The notes under the pieces are model-generated. The model was not told the DNA's origin, ran no database searches, and saw only the letters and a list, made by a program, of their open reading frames with translations. A stretch of DNA of 64,000 nucleotides from Candidatus Poribacteria bacterium (lineage in GTDB: Bacteria; Poribacteria; WGA-4E; WGA-3G). Positions 9,306-20,103 of the stretch are shown piece by piece; position 1 is the stretch's first letter; every line of letters starts with the position of its first letter. Both the position numbers and the translations under genes were made by a program. The stretch spans positions 1,856,001-1,920,000 of the forward strand of contig CAXXLX010000001.1 in NCBI GenBank assembly GCA_963665235.2. Direction: 5' to 3'.

Positions 9306-11468
9306 CTACGGTTTGTCGGCAGGCTGAATTTCGTAACATGTGCCCTTGTAACAAACGATGACGTGCTTTCCGATGGCAAGATATTTTGCCAATTCAGGTG
9401 TCTTCGTCAGCAACTCGAAATAGGCATCACTGCCGAACGTTATCTTCGTTGTTTCGGTTTCCGGTGTGTGTGTGCTATCCACCCAGACCTTTTCGCGAAG
9501 CTGGAAAGTCTTGTCCTTGACACGTTTAACCGTAATCCGTGCTTGTGTTACTCTTCCTTCAGCCTGTAGTTCTTGAAGTGCCAGACTTTCCGCCTGTTTC
9601 GTGCTTGCTGTTTTTGGTTTTTGAACCCCGCCAAGCCTAGCAGCCTCCTGCTCGAGCTCTACCTTGTCTGGGAGCGTCTGTCCTCTCTGCCTTGATAATC
9701 GGCTGCTTAATCCCCTGCCGTTTGTTTCCTCCTCTGTTACAAGAAAAGAGGTGTATGGGGTCATAATACCGTATTTCTCACTAAGCCGTTTAATCTCGTC
9801 AATTACCTCTTTATTTTCACCGTTCAGTCTTATCGCGTCAACGAGATATGCGACTTTGCGCTGTGCCCACAATTGCGGTAAGAATTGATGTCCCGCTTCC
9901 TGTTTCGGAAATTTCGCTGTATTGGCGAATTCCCGTTTTTTGCCGTTGATGTCGCCGCGAAGGGTTAGCTGTGTCTTTCCATCACCGGCATACCTGCCAA
10001 GCACTGTCAACTGTGACCCGCGAAACAGATGGGGCAGCTTCTGCGGATACAGATTTTTGGTTTTGATGTTCTGGATATCCAAAGCCAAATTGACGAGAAT
10101 GGGTTCGCTAACCTTCGTAAAGAAAGCGGATACAGCGACCTCTAAATTTTCCTGCGGTTTGACATATTGACGGGTACCGCCATTCTGTTCCGCTATTTTA
10201 TCGAGCAAATTGACGTTGACATCGTAGCCTACCCCGAACACGAAGATACGCGATGTATCTGCGTTTGCACCGGAAACGTTCTTGAGAATTCGCCCTGTAT
10301 GGGTTTCACCGACGGTTGCCTCGCCATCAGTTAGGAAAATAACAATGCGTGGTCGCTTCGCATCCGGTTTATCCGTTACAGCGGAGAGGAGGGCGTCATT
10401 GATATTTGTGCCGCCGTTTCCCTTAATATCGTCAATGAAAGTGAGCGCGTTTTCACGTTCCTCTTTTACAGAAACCAATGTATCGGCGAACGGCTCAACA
10501 TCGGTATTGAAAAGGATGAGGTTAAATCGGTCGCCCTCGTTTAGATTGTTGACGCAAAAACGGAGTGCCTCTTTCGCCTGTTCTATTTTTCTCCCTTTCA
10601 TACTCCCGGAGCGGTCGAGGATGAAGATGAAATCCTTTTCAATAATTTCTGTCTGCTTCACCTCATATTTCGGAGAAATCAGGAGCATAAAATAACCCTC
10701 TTTCTCTGTATCCTCGCGATGGGCAATTAGGTCAATACCGAAATCTTTGTCGGAAACAGAATAGTAGCAGACGAAATCGCGGCGCACAGTGACGCTTCTG
10801 CCTTCATAACTGATGGTGGCATGATGGTCATCCTTGCGGTTGACTGCAATCTCATGGGAGGGGGAATAAATTGTTTTGAGGGGGTGTTTGCTCTTAACAT
10901 CGAGCGAAACCGCAAGGCTATCTACCGGGTAGTCAGTGAATTTCTCGGTTCGGAGTGGATACGTGTACTTGGCGAGTCCGGAATCTAAACTGATAACTTG
11001 TGAGTATTCAAGTTGGATGCGTCTTTCCCCGTTTGGCGGGATGGGAAACACGCGTGCCTGAAACGCCCGGGTGCCGATATACTCTAGAAGTGCGGGGTCT
11101 TGCATAGAACGGACAATCCCTTCGTATATATTTCGTGCCTTTGCCTTTGATAGCAGCTCCGCTTTGACCGGCTCCCCATTAATATATAGCACGAAGTCTG
11201 AAACGGCTACGTCGTCCGGAAGTGGAAAGAGATAGGTGCCTTCCAATTGAAAGCCGGTCGGGTTCGCGAAAACCTGGTCGATTTTCGTTGTGGTTAGTTG
11301 GTTATCAATTGAGACGTTCACATGATGCTTCTCAATTCTTAGGGTTTGAATGCCGTGTTGAATGTTCGCTGACCGCGTTACAATAATACCTTGTGCCTGA
11401 GCGAATTGTGCAACGCCTATCAAGAGTGTAATTAAAAACACTACGTGGGAATTCAATCTTTGAATCAT
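9306..11468 (-). CDS. Secreted VIT + vWA domain protein (inter-alpha-trypsin-inhibitor-like)
   Basis: Signal peptide, VIT domain (EGTYLFPLP...DPALLE), MIDAS DRSGSM, GGTNI, FLTDG, TPYTSFLV. Confidence 0.9.
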   Translation of the reverse strand: MIQRLNSHVVFLITLLIGVAQFAQAQGIIVTRSANIQHGIQTLRIEKHHVNVSIDNQLTTTKIDQVFANPTGFQLEGTYLFPLPDDVAVSDFVLYINGEPVKAELLSKAKARNIYEGIVRSMQDPALLEYIGTRAFQARVFPIPPNGERRIQLEYSQVISLDSGLAKYTYPLRTEKFTDYPVDSLAVSLDVKSKHPLKTIYSPSHEIAVNRKDDHHATISYEGRSVTVRRDFVCYYSVSDKDFGIDLIAHREDTEKEGYFMLLISPKYEVKQTEIIEKDFIFILDRSGSMKGRKIEQAKEALRFCVNNLNEGDRFNLILFNTDVEPFADTLVSVKEERENALTFIDDIKGNGGTNINDALLSAVTDKPDAKRPRIVIFLTDGEATVGETHTGRILKNVSGANADTSRIFVFGVGYDVNVNLLDKIAEQNGGTRQYVKPQENLEVAVSAFFTKVSEPILVNLALDIQNIKTKNLYPQKLPHLFRGSQLTVLGRYAGDGKTQLTLRGDINGKKREFANTAKFPKQEAGHQFLPQLWAQRKVAYLVDAIRLNGENKEVIDEIKRLSEKYGIMTPYTSFLVTEEETNGRGLSSRLSRQRGQTLPDKVELEQEAARLGGVQKPKTASTKQAESLALQELQAEGRVTQARITVKRVKDKTFQLREKVWVDSTHTPETETTKITFGSDAYFELLTKTPELAKYLAIGKHVIVCYKGTCYEIQPADKP

Positions 11469-11661
11469 GGGGTGCCTCCGGTTGCCTGCTGCCGTTGTTG
11501 CAGGCGGGTTTCTTCGAAATTATTGGTTAATCGCTTGAGTTCTGATGTTTCTGACATACCTCCACACCTAAAGGAGTAGGAGTATATCAGCAGTTAGCGG
11601 GGCGCGCCTATCGATAAAAATAAACGCGCCAATAAGGTTAATGAGCTGGGGAACCTAGCCC

Positions 11662-14046
11662 TTACTGCGCTGCGGCCTGGTCCTTTAAGCGGCGTGCCTT
11701 CCGGACGAGACGTAGCAGCTCTTTCCTCTGTTCCTCACGTTGAGGCGTTTCCGAATCGAAGTGCGTTAGAATCCCCTTAAGTGTCCGTTGCACCGCACCT
11801 AAACTCCCCTCCTTTGCCCAATAACTCTCTCGGAGGATTTCAGCGAATTGTGCAACTGCAGCAGCAAACTGAAAATCGGGTGACGCATCCTCAAATTTAC
11901 CTTTGAGTGCCTCCACTAGCAGTTTTTCATTGACCTCCGTAACCTGTTCCGTATCAGGGTCTTCATGTCGGATATAGACGGTTGCGAGCTCACCGGTGTC
12001 AACCTCTTTAGAGAGTTTAACCTCATAAAGTGCGGTGACGCTGTGTCCAGACCCGATTTCGCCTGCATCCGCCTCGTCGTTTCGGAAGTCTTCGTGTTTC
12101 ATTTCGCGACTCTCGTATCCGACCAACCGGAATCGGCTCACTGTCTCCTCGTTGAACTTAACCTGTATTTTTGCATCTTTTGCGATAACCTGTAACGTGC
12201 CTGTCAGATTTTCGACAAAAATACGTTTCGCTTCTTTAAGCGTGTCAACGTAGGCGTAATTCCCGTTGCCTTTCTTGGCAAGTTGTTCCATGAGAGTATC
12301 GTTGTAATTTCCCATGCCGAATCCGACCGTGGTCAAGAAAATCTTATCGTCTGCATAGTCGCTAATTTCTTTGAGGAGCGCCGGGGGCGATGTTACACCC
12401 TCGTTCGCGACACCATCTGAACAGAGGATGACACGATTGATAGACTCCTGTTGGTTGTTCTGCTGTGCAAGTTCATATCCCTTGCGGATGCCATCTTCAA
12501 CGTTTGTCACACCTTCTGGGTGCAGCGACTCAATTTTTTCCAAGATGTGTTTCCGATTCACAACGCCTGTGTGCGGTAACACAACTCGAGCAGTAGTACC
12601 GTAAACAACAATACCTATCTTATCGGTTGGGCGGAGTTGCGATACCAAGAGACGCAACGCCCTTTTCACTAAGCCGAGTCGATTCTCCATCCGCATTGAA
12701 CCGGAGACATCGATGACAAAGGTGAGGATTGCATCTTTGCGGTCGGTGTCCGGAATGGTATGTCCCTGAATACCGATACGTAGCAATTGAAGCCGTTTGC
12801 CTTTTCCAAATTTTGAGGGCGCGCCCTCAAGATGGACAGCAAACGCTGCATCGGTAGGCGGGGTATAGTTGTAATCAAAAGCGTTGATAAATTCCTCAAC
12901 CCGTACCGCTTCTGCTGGCGGTAGATGCCCATCTGTGAGATACCGACGCGTTACAGCGTAAGACGCAGAATCGGCATCCATTCCGAACGTCGAAAGGTTA
13001 TCATCTTCCGTATCAATGAATGGATTCGTGCCGTGTCCCTTAAAGTACACATCGCGATAAGCAGCACCGTTCGGCGGAGTTAACCCGAACTGTAGAGAGC
13101 GGGATGCCATAGAGCGCCTAGCCACCACCTTTTCGCGGGTACTTGCAGCACCTCTGCTTCTGGAAAGGGTCGTCTGGCGTAAAGGTGGCGGTTGCGCCTG
13201 TTCCTGTTCACTTGAGAAATAAGATATTGGACGCTCCTTGGGTTCAGGAGACTGTAAAACCCCTAATAGTGCGTCACAAGTCGCTAGTTGTTCTTCCTCA
13301 AGATGGGCCTCCGTGAGCGAATATGAACAGACGAAATCGGTGTCTAATTTGACCGCCGTAGCCTGATAAGTTATGTGCGATTGTTCCTCAGGTTCATCGG
13401 TAACCGTGACAGCGTGTGAGGCGGAGCTGAACTTTTCAACCTTATAACCTGCTTCAGTCGCAATTGACACTTCGAAATTCTCAACGGTATCATCGCTTTG
13501 AAGCGGATGTGTGTATACAAAGTTCTCATCAGTTTCCGTAACCGATTCGGTATATCGGACTTGAACACGGCACTCCGCATCAGCGGGGAGTTGCAACACC
13601 TTTGTCTGTAAGGTGACAATACCAATTGCCTCTAAAATTGGGGCATTTTCTGCGTGGAATGCCTGTCCGAAGACCGCTTCTAATTTCTTTGGAGTTGCCA
13701 CTTTTACCGGGACGACTTTGTCGTTAATAACAACCTCCGCGGTTGGGAGGACAGCCTTTTCAGGGAGCGGAATGATAAACACTCCCTCAATTGCCGCCGC
13801 GTTCGGGTTAGTGAAAACGAGTTGAACATCCGTCGTTGCATATCCGTGTCCGATGCGGATGTTCAGAAGATAGTGTTTGATAACTAATTTTTCAAATTGA
13901 CCGACCTCCGCTAAGCGTGGAATAAATCGGGTCTGCGCCAATGAATTTGAATCGGGGTGCCTCTGCTTCCCTGCTGCCGTTGTTGCAGGCGGGGCCGTCC
14001 CTTGATGTTGTGAGGTTCCTCTTTGTTGTTCAACCGATTTTTTCAT
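11662..14046 (-). CDS. VIT + vWA (YfbK-like) + DUF3520-type domain protein
   Basis: Divergent N-terminal VIT, then STFGMDADSASY, VRVEEFINAFDY, DVSGSM, RLVGYE, DAGEIGSGHSVTALYE. Confidence 0.85.
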   Translation of the reverse strand: MKKSVEQQRGTSQHQGTAPPATTAAGKQRHPDSNSLAQTRFIPRLAEVGQFEKLVIKHYLLNIRIGHGYATTDVQLVFTNPNAAAIEGVFIIPLPEKAVLPTAEVVINDKVVPVKVATPKKLEAVFGQAFHAENAPILEAIGIVTLQTKVLQLPADAECRVQVRYTESVTETDENFVYTHPLQSDDTVENFEVSIATEAGYKVEKFSSASHAVTVTDEPEEQSHITYQATAVKLDTDFVCSYSLTEAHLEEEQLATCDALLGVLQSPEPKERPISYFSSEQEQAQPPPLRQTTLSRSRGAASTREKVVARRSMASRSLQFGLTPPNGAAYRDVYFKGHGTNPFIDTEDDNLSTFGMDADSASYAVTRRYLTDGHLPPAEAVRVEEFINAFDYNYTPPTDAAFAVHLEGAPSKFGKGKRLQLLRIGIQGHTIPDTDRKDAILTFVIDVSGSMRMENRLGLVKRALRLLVSQLRPTDKIGIVVYGTTARVVLPHTGVVNRKHILEKIESLHPEGVTNVEDGIRKGYELAQQNNQQESINRVILCSDGVANEGVTSPPALLKEISDYADDKIFLTTVGFGMGNYNDTLMEQLAKKGNGNYAYVDTLKEAKRIFVENLTGTLQVIAKDAKIQVKFNEETVSRFRLVGYESREMKHEDFRNDEADAGEIGSGHSVTALYEVKLSKEVDTGELATVYIRHEDPDTEQVTEVNEKLLVEALKGKFEDASPDFQFAAAVAQFAEILRESYWAKEGSLGAVQRTLKGILTHFDSETPQREEQRKELLRLVRKARRLKDQAAAQ

Positions 14047-14328
14047 GGGAAGTAAGCTCCTTTATTTATGTTTAATTTGTGAATTAGTGGATGTCTAAGT
14101 TCGTAATAGTTAGCAACGTTCAGACACAGATGTGTGGGACTGCGCCTCAGATACACCCTGGAAAGAGAAAGGTGCGTTTGAACGCTTGGTACCTATCTTA
14201 TGACGTTTATTTAACCAAAAAGTTTAAATGTTTGAATAGGACATTTGTAAGCGCGCCTGCAAATGGGGGGGGGGCACCTAAACGCTAGGTTTCTCTGCGT
14301 TCAAACCGACCTATAAGACGGTATTATC

Positions 14329-16011
14329 CTACAAATTCACGATTTTTGGGGGGGTGTCTTTCGCCATGACAATGCGTTTTTGCCAATTTGCATCGTCTTT
14401 GTCAGGGAAGTCCGTGCGGGAGTGGGCACCACGGCTTTCGGTTCGAATGAGTGCCGCTTGCGCGATTATCCAGGCGACATTGAGCATATTTAACGTTTCA
14501 CATAATGCCACATCAGTCGTTTGAAGATATGTAGGTGAATTAGGGCTGAGACCAATCTGTGTCCCTATTTTCTCTAAATCGGTGAGGGTTTGTTCTAACC
14601 CTTCGCTGTCGCGTTCAATACCGACATTTTCCCAGAGCGTCTCGCGAATAGCGTTCTGTGTGATTTGTGTAACATTCTCAACCGATTCCGTTGTTACGGA
14701 AACCTTCGGGGCATGCCGACTCCTTTCATCCGGGGGTTGGTCCGATGTTTGAGACATCGCATAAGCAGCAGCGTTAGTGCCAGCACGTACTCCGAAGACG
14801 AGGCATTCTAAGAGCGAATTGCTTGCTAAGCGATTTGCTCCGTGTACGCCGGTGCATGCAACCTCCCCACATGCATATAATCCGTTGAGATTTGTTTCTG
14901 TATCGATATTTGTGCGGATGCCGCCCATCATAAAGTGTGCGCCAGGGCGGACAGGAATTAGGTCGATGGAGATGTCCAATCCGTAGTGTTTTGTCGTCTG
15001 AGTGATAGTCGGAAAACGTTTCTGGATAAAGTCCGCGGATTTATGGGTGATGTCAAGATAGACACATGGGAAGCCTGTGAGGTGCATTTCGTTTTGTATG
15101 GCTTGACTGACGATGTCTCGCGGTGCGAGTTCACCTTTTTGGTGGTATTTCTCCATAAACCGTTCGCCTCGGATGTTGATGAGTTGTCCGCCTTCGCCGC
15201 GTACGGCTTCGGAGATTAGGAAATTAGGCGCGCCATCAAGATAGAGGGTGGTTGGGTGGAATTGAACGAATTCCATATCTATCATTTCACATCCGGCGCG
15301 CCATGCTGCTGCAAACCCGTCTCCTGTGGCTACCTCCGGATTGGAGGTGCAGGGGTAGAGGCGGCCGAGTCCCCCTGTTGCGAGGATTGTCGCCTTGGCA
15401 TAGATGTGGACCTGTTCTCCGTTTACAATTGCGGAAATACCGTAGCATGTGATATTTTCATTTTCTACAGCATCTGTCAGCAAATCGATTGCAAAGGCGT
15501 TTGAGAGGACGCGGATACGTTCTGTGTTAAGGACGCGCTGCACGAGAACATCTGTTGTTTCGCGTCCTGTTGCGTCTCCTTTGTGAACGATTCTCCGTCG
15601 ACTATGTGCTGCCTCTTGTGTAAATTGGGGTAACGTGCCTTCCCAATCGAAGTCTGCTCCCCAGTCTAACAGCTCCGTTACGCGCGGTATTCCCTCAGCG
15701 ACCATTGTCTCAACTGCCTTGACATCACATAAGCCGTTCCCGGCGGTGCATGTATCCTCGACGTGGAGTTCTATAGTGTCGTCGACGTTCATGGCAACAG
15801 CGATGCCGCCTTGGGCGTAGAGCGTATTACTCTCTTTGAGCGTTGTTTTGGTGATGAGGGTAACCTGAGCGTTTTCACTTGCTGCAAGTGCGGCTCGCAG
15901 GCCTGCGGCTCCACTGCCGATGATAAGGACATCGGTATCCCAATTTGGATTCAACACAGAAAAATCTGTTTCGGTTTTCATATTATCCTGTCGTGGGCGA
16001 AAAATTTTCAC
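14329..16011 (-). CDS. nadB: L-aspartate oxidase
   Basis: GSGAAG, YAQGGIA, EAAHSRRRI, QFHPT, SEAVRGEG, HGANRLASNSLLE, ESRGAH. Confidence 0.95.
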   Translation of the reverse strand: MKIFRPRQDNMKTETDFSVLNPNWDTDVLIIGSGAAGLRAALAASENAQVTLITKTTLKESNTLYAQGGIAVAMNVDDTIELHVEDTCTAGNGLCDVKAVETMVAEGIPRVTELLDWGADFDWEGTLPQFTQEAAHSRRRIVHKGDATGRETTDVLVQRVLNTERIRVLSNAFAIDLLTDAVENENITCYGISAIVNGEQVHIYAKATILATGGLGRLYPCTSNPEVATGDGFAAAWRAGCEMIDMEFVQFHPTTLYLDGAPNFLISEAVRGEGGQLINIRGERFMEKYHQKGELAPRDIVSQAIQNEMHLTGFPCVYLDITHKSADFIQKRFPTITQTTKHYGLDISIDLIPVRPGAHFMMGGIRTNIDTETNLNGLYACGEVACTGVHGANRLASNSLLECLVFGVRAGTNAAAYAMSQTSDQPPDERSRHAPKVSVTTESVENVTQITQNAIRETLWENVGIERDSEGLEQTLTDLEKIGTQIGLSPNSPTYLQTTDVALCETLNMLNVAWIIAQAALIRTESRGAHSRTDFPDKDDANWQKRIVMAKDTPPKIVNL

Positions 16012-16414
16012 CCACTGGCATCACCTTGCCGGTGCCAGTTGCGATGAGGGTGCCATCACTGCGTTTAATTTCTGCCTTCGCTTCTACTAAGCGTCGGGAG
16101 ACCTTAACCCGTTCAGCGCGAACGAGCAGTTTCACCCCGGTTGGCGCGGGAGTGCGAAATCGGACCTCAAGCTGGGCGGTAACGGCCGGTCCGTTAAAGG
16201 TGCCTATCCCAATGTGGGTGATTGCTTCATCCAACAAGGTGCTGAGTATGCCGCCGTGTAAGACGTTTGCCCACCCTTGCAAGTGTTCCGAGGGGGTGCA
16301 TTCAATGCTGACAGACGCGCCAGCGTCGCTAATTTCCGGTTTGACTTGTAGACCGAATGGGTTCTCCATTCCGCAAACAAAACAGCGGTTATTGTTTTCA
16401 ATTGCCATTTTCAC
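15983..16414 (-). CDS. PaaI-family hotdog thioesterase
   Basis: CFVCG.ENP.GL and HGGILSTLLDE. Confidence 0.9.
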   Translation of the reverse strand: MKMAIENNNRCFVCGMENPFGLQVKPEISDAGASVSIECTPSEHLQGWANVLHGGILSTLLDEAITHIGIGTFNGPAVTAQLEVRFRTPAPTGVKLLVRAERVKVSRRLVEAKAEIKRSDGTLIATGTGKVMPVGENFSPTTG

Positions 16415-19066
16415 TTCCTGATTCGGTGAGCATTGCTAAGCTCCGGGCTAACTTTTGCTGTTCAGCCTGGAGTCGTTCTAGCTGTGCTCGCTTTTGGTTG
16501 ACAACTTTTTCTGGGGCTCGCTCAATGAAGTTTGGGTTCTCCAATGCTTTCTTCGCTGCCGCTACATCCTTGGCTGCCTTTTGATGCCGTTTCGTTAGCC
16601 GCGCTGTTTCCGCTTCAAGGTCGATAACCCCTGATAGTGGTACATATATCGCAAGTTCGCCTATGACAGCCTCTGCTGAAGCGGCGGGTTTCGGCAAAGA
16701 TTCGGCGATAGTGATTTTCTCCACGCGCGTAAAAGCCGGTAAGTACTGCTCGAGATAGGTTTCAAGCCGATTTCGAATCTCAGCATCTGGTGCTTGAATG
16801 TGAACCTCCACGGATGCACCGATTGGAACGTTCAGCTCGCCACGGATACTTCTAATATTCTCAATAACTCCCATAACAGTTGCCATTGCGGCTTCTGCTG
16901 TGGGATTCTCTCCTGTTGGTTTCGGCCACGGGGCGACGGTCACGGAGCCGTTATCCTCAGGAAGAGCACGTCGGTGTGGCAGTTGTTGCCAAATTTCCTC
17001 TGTTAAAAACGGCATAATTGGATGTAGCAGCCGCAGTGTCTGTTCCAAAACATCCGCTGCAACCCACAACGTTTTTGGTGTGTCTTTTGTAAGACGTTGT
17101 TTGGCAAATTCCAGGTACCAATCACAGAATTCGTGCCAGAGAAACGCATAGAGGGTTTGTGCGGCTTCGTGGAAACGGAAGTTTTCCAGGGCATCAGTTG
17201 TTGTTTTTATTGTGTGGCTCAAACGGCTGCGTATCCATTCAACCTCTAACGGCACTTGTTCCTCTTCTGTCCCTTCATCTTCGCTAATGGGATGCTTCTC
17301 CAAGTTCATAAGGATAAATCGCGCAGCGTTCCACACCTTATTTGCGAACCTTCTCCCCGCCTCAATCTGTGATTCGGGGAGCGGCAGATATGGGTTCGGG
17401 GTGCTTACGTTTATGAGTGCAAATCGGAATGCATCTGCGCCGTAGGCATCAATTGTCTCGAGCGGGTCAATGGTATTGCCTTTCGATTTGCTCATCTTTT
17501 GTCCCTTTTCATCGACAACAAGGCCGTGGAGGTAGACGGTATGGAACGGTACTTCGTCCATACATGCAAGTCCCAACATTATCATCCGGGCAACCCAGAA
17601 AAAGAGAATATCCCATCCCGTGACAAGTACAGATGTCGGATAAAAGGTTTCTAGGTCTGCTGTTTTGTCCGGCCATCCCATCGTAGAAAAGGGCCAAAGT
17701 CCGGAGCTGAACCATGTGTCAAGAACGTCCTCTTCCTGCCGAAAGTCGGTCGCGCCACATTCACACTGCGCGGGCGTATCCGTTGCAGCGGTGGGTTTTT
17801 CACAGGTATTGCAGTACCATATTGGCAGTCGGTGTCCCCACCAACGTTGGCGTGAAATCGGCCACGGTTCGATATTTTCCATCCAATGAAAAAAGCGGGC
17901 GGTCTCGCGTTCGGGGATAAATACAACCTCCCCTTTTTTAGTAGCTTCCATCGCCTGTTCAGCAAGCGGACGTACATTCATGAACCATTGCGGCGATATT
18001 GCCGGTTCGACTATTGTGTCACATCTATCATGATGCCCGACAGCATGTTTATGTGGCACAATTTTGACCAGATATCCCGCCTCTTTCAAATCTGTGACTA
18101 CCTGTTCTCGGCACGCCCATCGGGTTAATCCGACATATTTTTCACCTGCTGCATCGTTTATGTGTCCATCGGGTGTGAAAATCGTACGTTGTTCAAGATT
18201 ATGCCGCAAACCGATTTCGTAATCGTTGACATCGTGTGCGGGCGTAACCTTCAACGCTCCCGTTCCAAATTCGGAATCCACGTAAGCATCTGCAATTATC
18301 GGAATTTCTCTGTTATGAAGCGGAAGCATCGCTTTTTTGCCAATCAGGTGCTGGTAACGTTCATCCTCTGGATGCACAGCGACTGCCGTGTCGCCTAGCA
18401 TTGTTTCGGGCCGTGTCGTTGCAATTTCAAGGACTCTATCGGTGTCTATAACAGGATAGTGGATGTGATAGAAGTTGCCATCAATCTCAATCGGTTCGAC
18501 CTCCAGATTACTTACGGCCGTGTTGCATTGTGGGCACCAATTCACCATATAGGTATCGCGATAGATAAGTCCTTGATTGTAGAGTTGAACGAACGCGGTT
18601 CGCACCGCTTTAGACCGCTCCTCATCAAGGGTAAAACGTTCCCGTGTCCAATCACAAGAGCTTCCTATTTTTTGAAGCTGCTCGACAATGTACTCCGCGG
18701 ACTCCGCTTTCCACTGCCACATACGTTCAATAAATTTTTCGCGGCCGACCGTCTCTTTACTACTACCCTCCTCGGCGAGTTTTCGTTCCATGATGAGCTC
18801 TGTGACGATGCCAGCGTGGTCGGTGCCGGGTAGCCAGAGCACGTTGTATCCTTGCATGCGTCGCCATCGGATGAGGCAGTCTTGAAGCGTGTTATTTAAT
18901 GCGTGCCCGATGTGCAAGCTGCCCGTGATGTTCGGTGGCGGGATTACAATTGTGTAAGACGTTTTGTTATCAGGTGCCTTGGCGAGAAAGTAGTCACCTT
19001 TTAGCCAGGATTCGTAACGTTTTTTCTCAATATCCTGAGGTGCATAAATTTTCGGGAGATTTGTAT
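16398..19066 (-). CDS. valS: Valine--tRNA ligase; start codon not resolved
   Basis: HIGH, KMSKS, DVLDTWFSS and a C-terminal coiled coil. The frame extends upstream of the ORF-track start as TNLPKIYAPQDIEKK...YTIVIPPPNITGSLHIGH, with no in-frame ATG/GTG/TTG before the stop at 19122-19124. Confidence 0.95.
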
Positions 19067-19123
19067 CAAAATATTCGGTGTGGAGACCCCCAGCATTTAT
19101 GCGGGGGAGGAAACACCGCTCCT
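19067..19123 (+). mobile_element. IS200/IS605-type left-end hairpin (non-autonomous remnant)
   Basis: CAAAATATTCGGTGTGGAGACCCCCAGCATTTATGCGGGGGAGGAAACACCG is near-identical to 32074-32125. Confidence 0.7.
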
Positions 19124-19282
19124 ATATTGAAAGTTCAAGCGTGTCGTTGTCCATCTTTTGAATGCAGAGAATAGTCCTTCATTAACACCCGCAAGGCGTG
19201 TTAGTCCGTATTTGTCGTGCTTTATCAATGTGTTTTTAACAAGTCCATCGCCTAATAAGGTTTAAAATCGTAGGTCATGAGG

Positions 19283-19311
19283 TGTACCACAAATTGACAG
19301 TTTGTGGTACA
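19283..19311. repeat. REP-like palindrome (ACAAACT..AGTTT family); possible hpf terminator
   Basis: TGTACCACAAATTGACAGTTTGTGGTACA. Relatives at 20058-20087, 21939-21960 and 55710-55772. Confidence 0.7.
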
Positions 19312-19323
19312 GTGAAACAGATG

Positions 19324-19892
19324 TTAGGTAAAGAGCGGTTCCACCCATCCATATTTGCGGTCATCTGTTTGATAGAGTAGGTTTATCTCCTGCGTTTCCG
19401 AATTAAAGAAGAGGAGGAACGTCTCATCGGATGCTTGGAGTTCCGTTGCTGCTTCTGTGACGCTCAGCGGTTTTGAAGCGAACTTATCTGGTACAGCAAC
19501 AATAGCGGGTGTGTCGGATGTATCCGCTTCTGCCTGCGGTTCTGCGGTGCGTCTTGGAGTTCCGGGTTTAGTTGAGCGACGACTTCTCGGTGGGGTGCAT
19601 GATGCCGTCTATCCTTCAGCCGTTCTTTGTATCGGCGTATCTGACGGATGACCTTGTCTGCTGCGCCGTCCAATGCGGCGAAGACCTCATTTGCGCTGTT
19701 TTTTGCGTAAAATGATACCCGCGGTGCCGTAACTATCAGTTCCACTTCGAACTGATGTTTTTCCACTTTGAGGACGACGTTTAGGGCTTGCATTTCGCCG
19801 AAACGGGCTTCAATTTTATCGGCACGTTTGAGGATGAATTCATGAATATCGTCGGTAATTTTCAGTTGATGTGCAGAATAGGTAATTTTCAT
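19324..19892 (-). CDS. hpf: Long-form ribosome hibernation promoting factor (HPF/RaiA) with a 1-nt frameshift near 19548
   Basis: N-domain ...AALDGAADKVIRQIRRYKERL. The C-domain KPLSVTEAATELQ...FLLFFNSETQEINLLY...YGWVEP* is in a different frame and ends at 19324. Confidence 0.85.
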
Positions 19893-20103
19893 GTGTTGCC
19901 TCCTAGAAAATTATTGATAAAAGCATCGCGTTTGTGTTGCGGATACGCCTATATTATAACCTAAGTTGCCGCCTATAAATTTTTAGACTTGGGAACGCCG
20001 CTTTTAGTCAAAAAATGCTGTTAATTGTCCCGTGAGCTTCCTAGTTCGCGCCCTTATGGAAGACCCAAACTAGGAAGTTTATGCTACTATGTGGCAACTT
20101 GCG

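Noticed and set aside
11555-11590. Possible further IS605-type end (CCTCCACACCTAAAGGAGTAGGAG)
   Set aside because: It is a weak single hairpin with no partner end, which is insufficient support.
19540-19560. Programmed frameshift in hpf
   Set aside because: There is no slippery heptamer at the site, and other 1-nt indels in the window favour assembly error.
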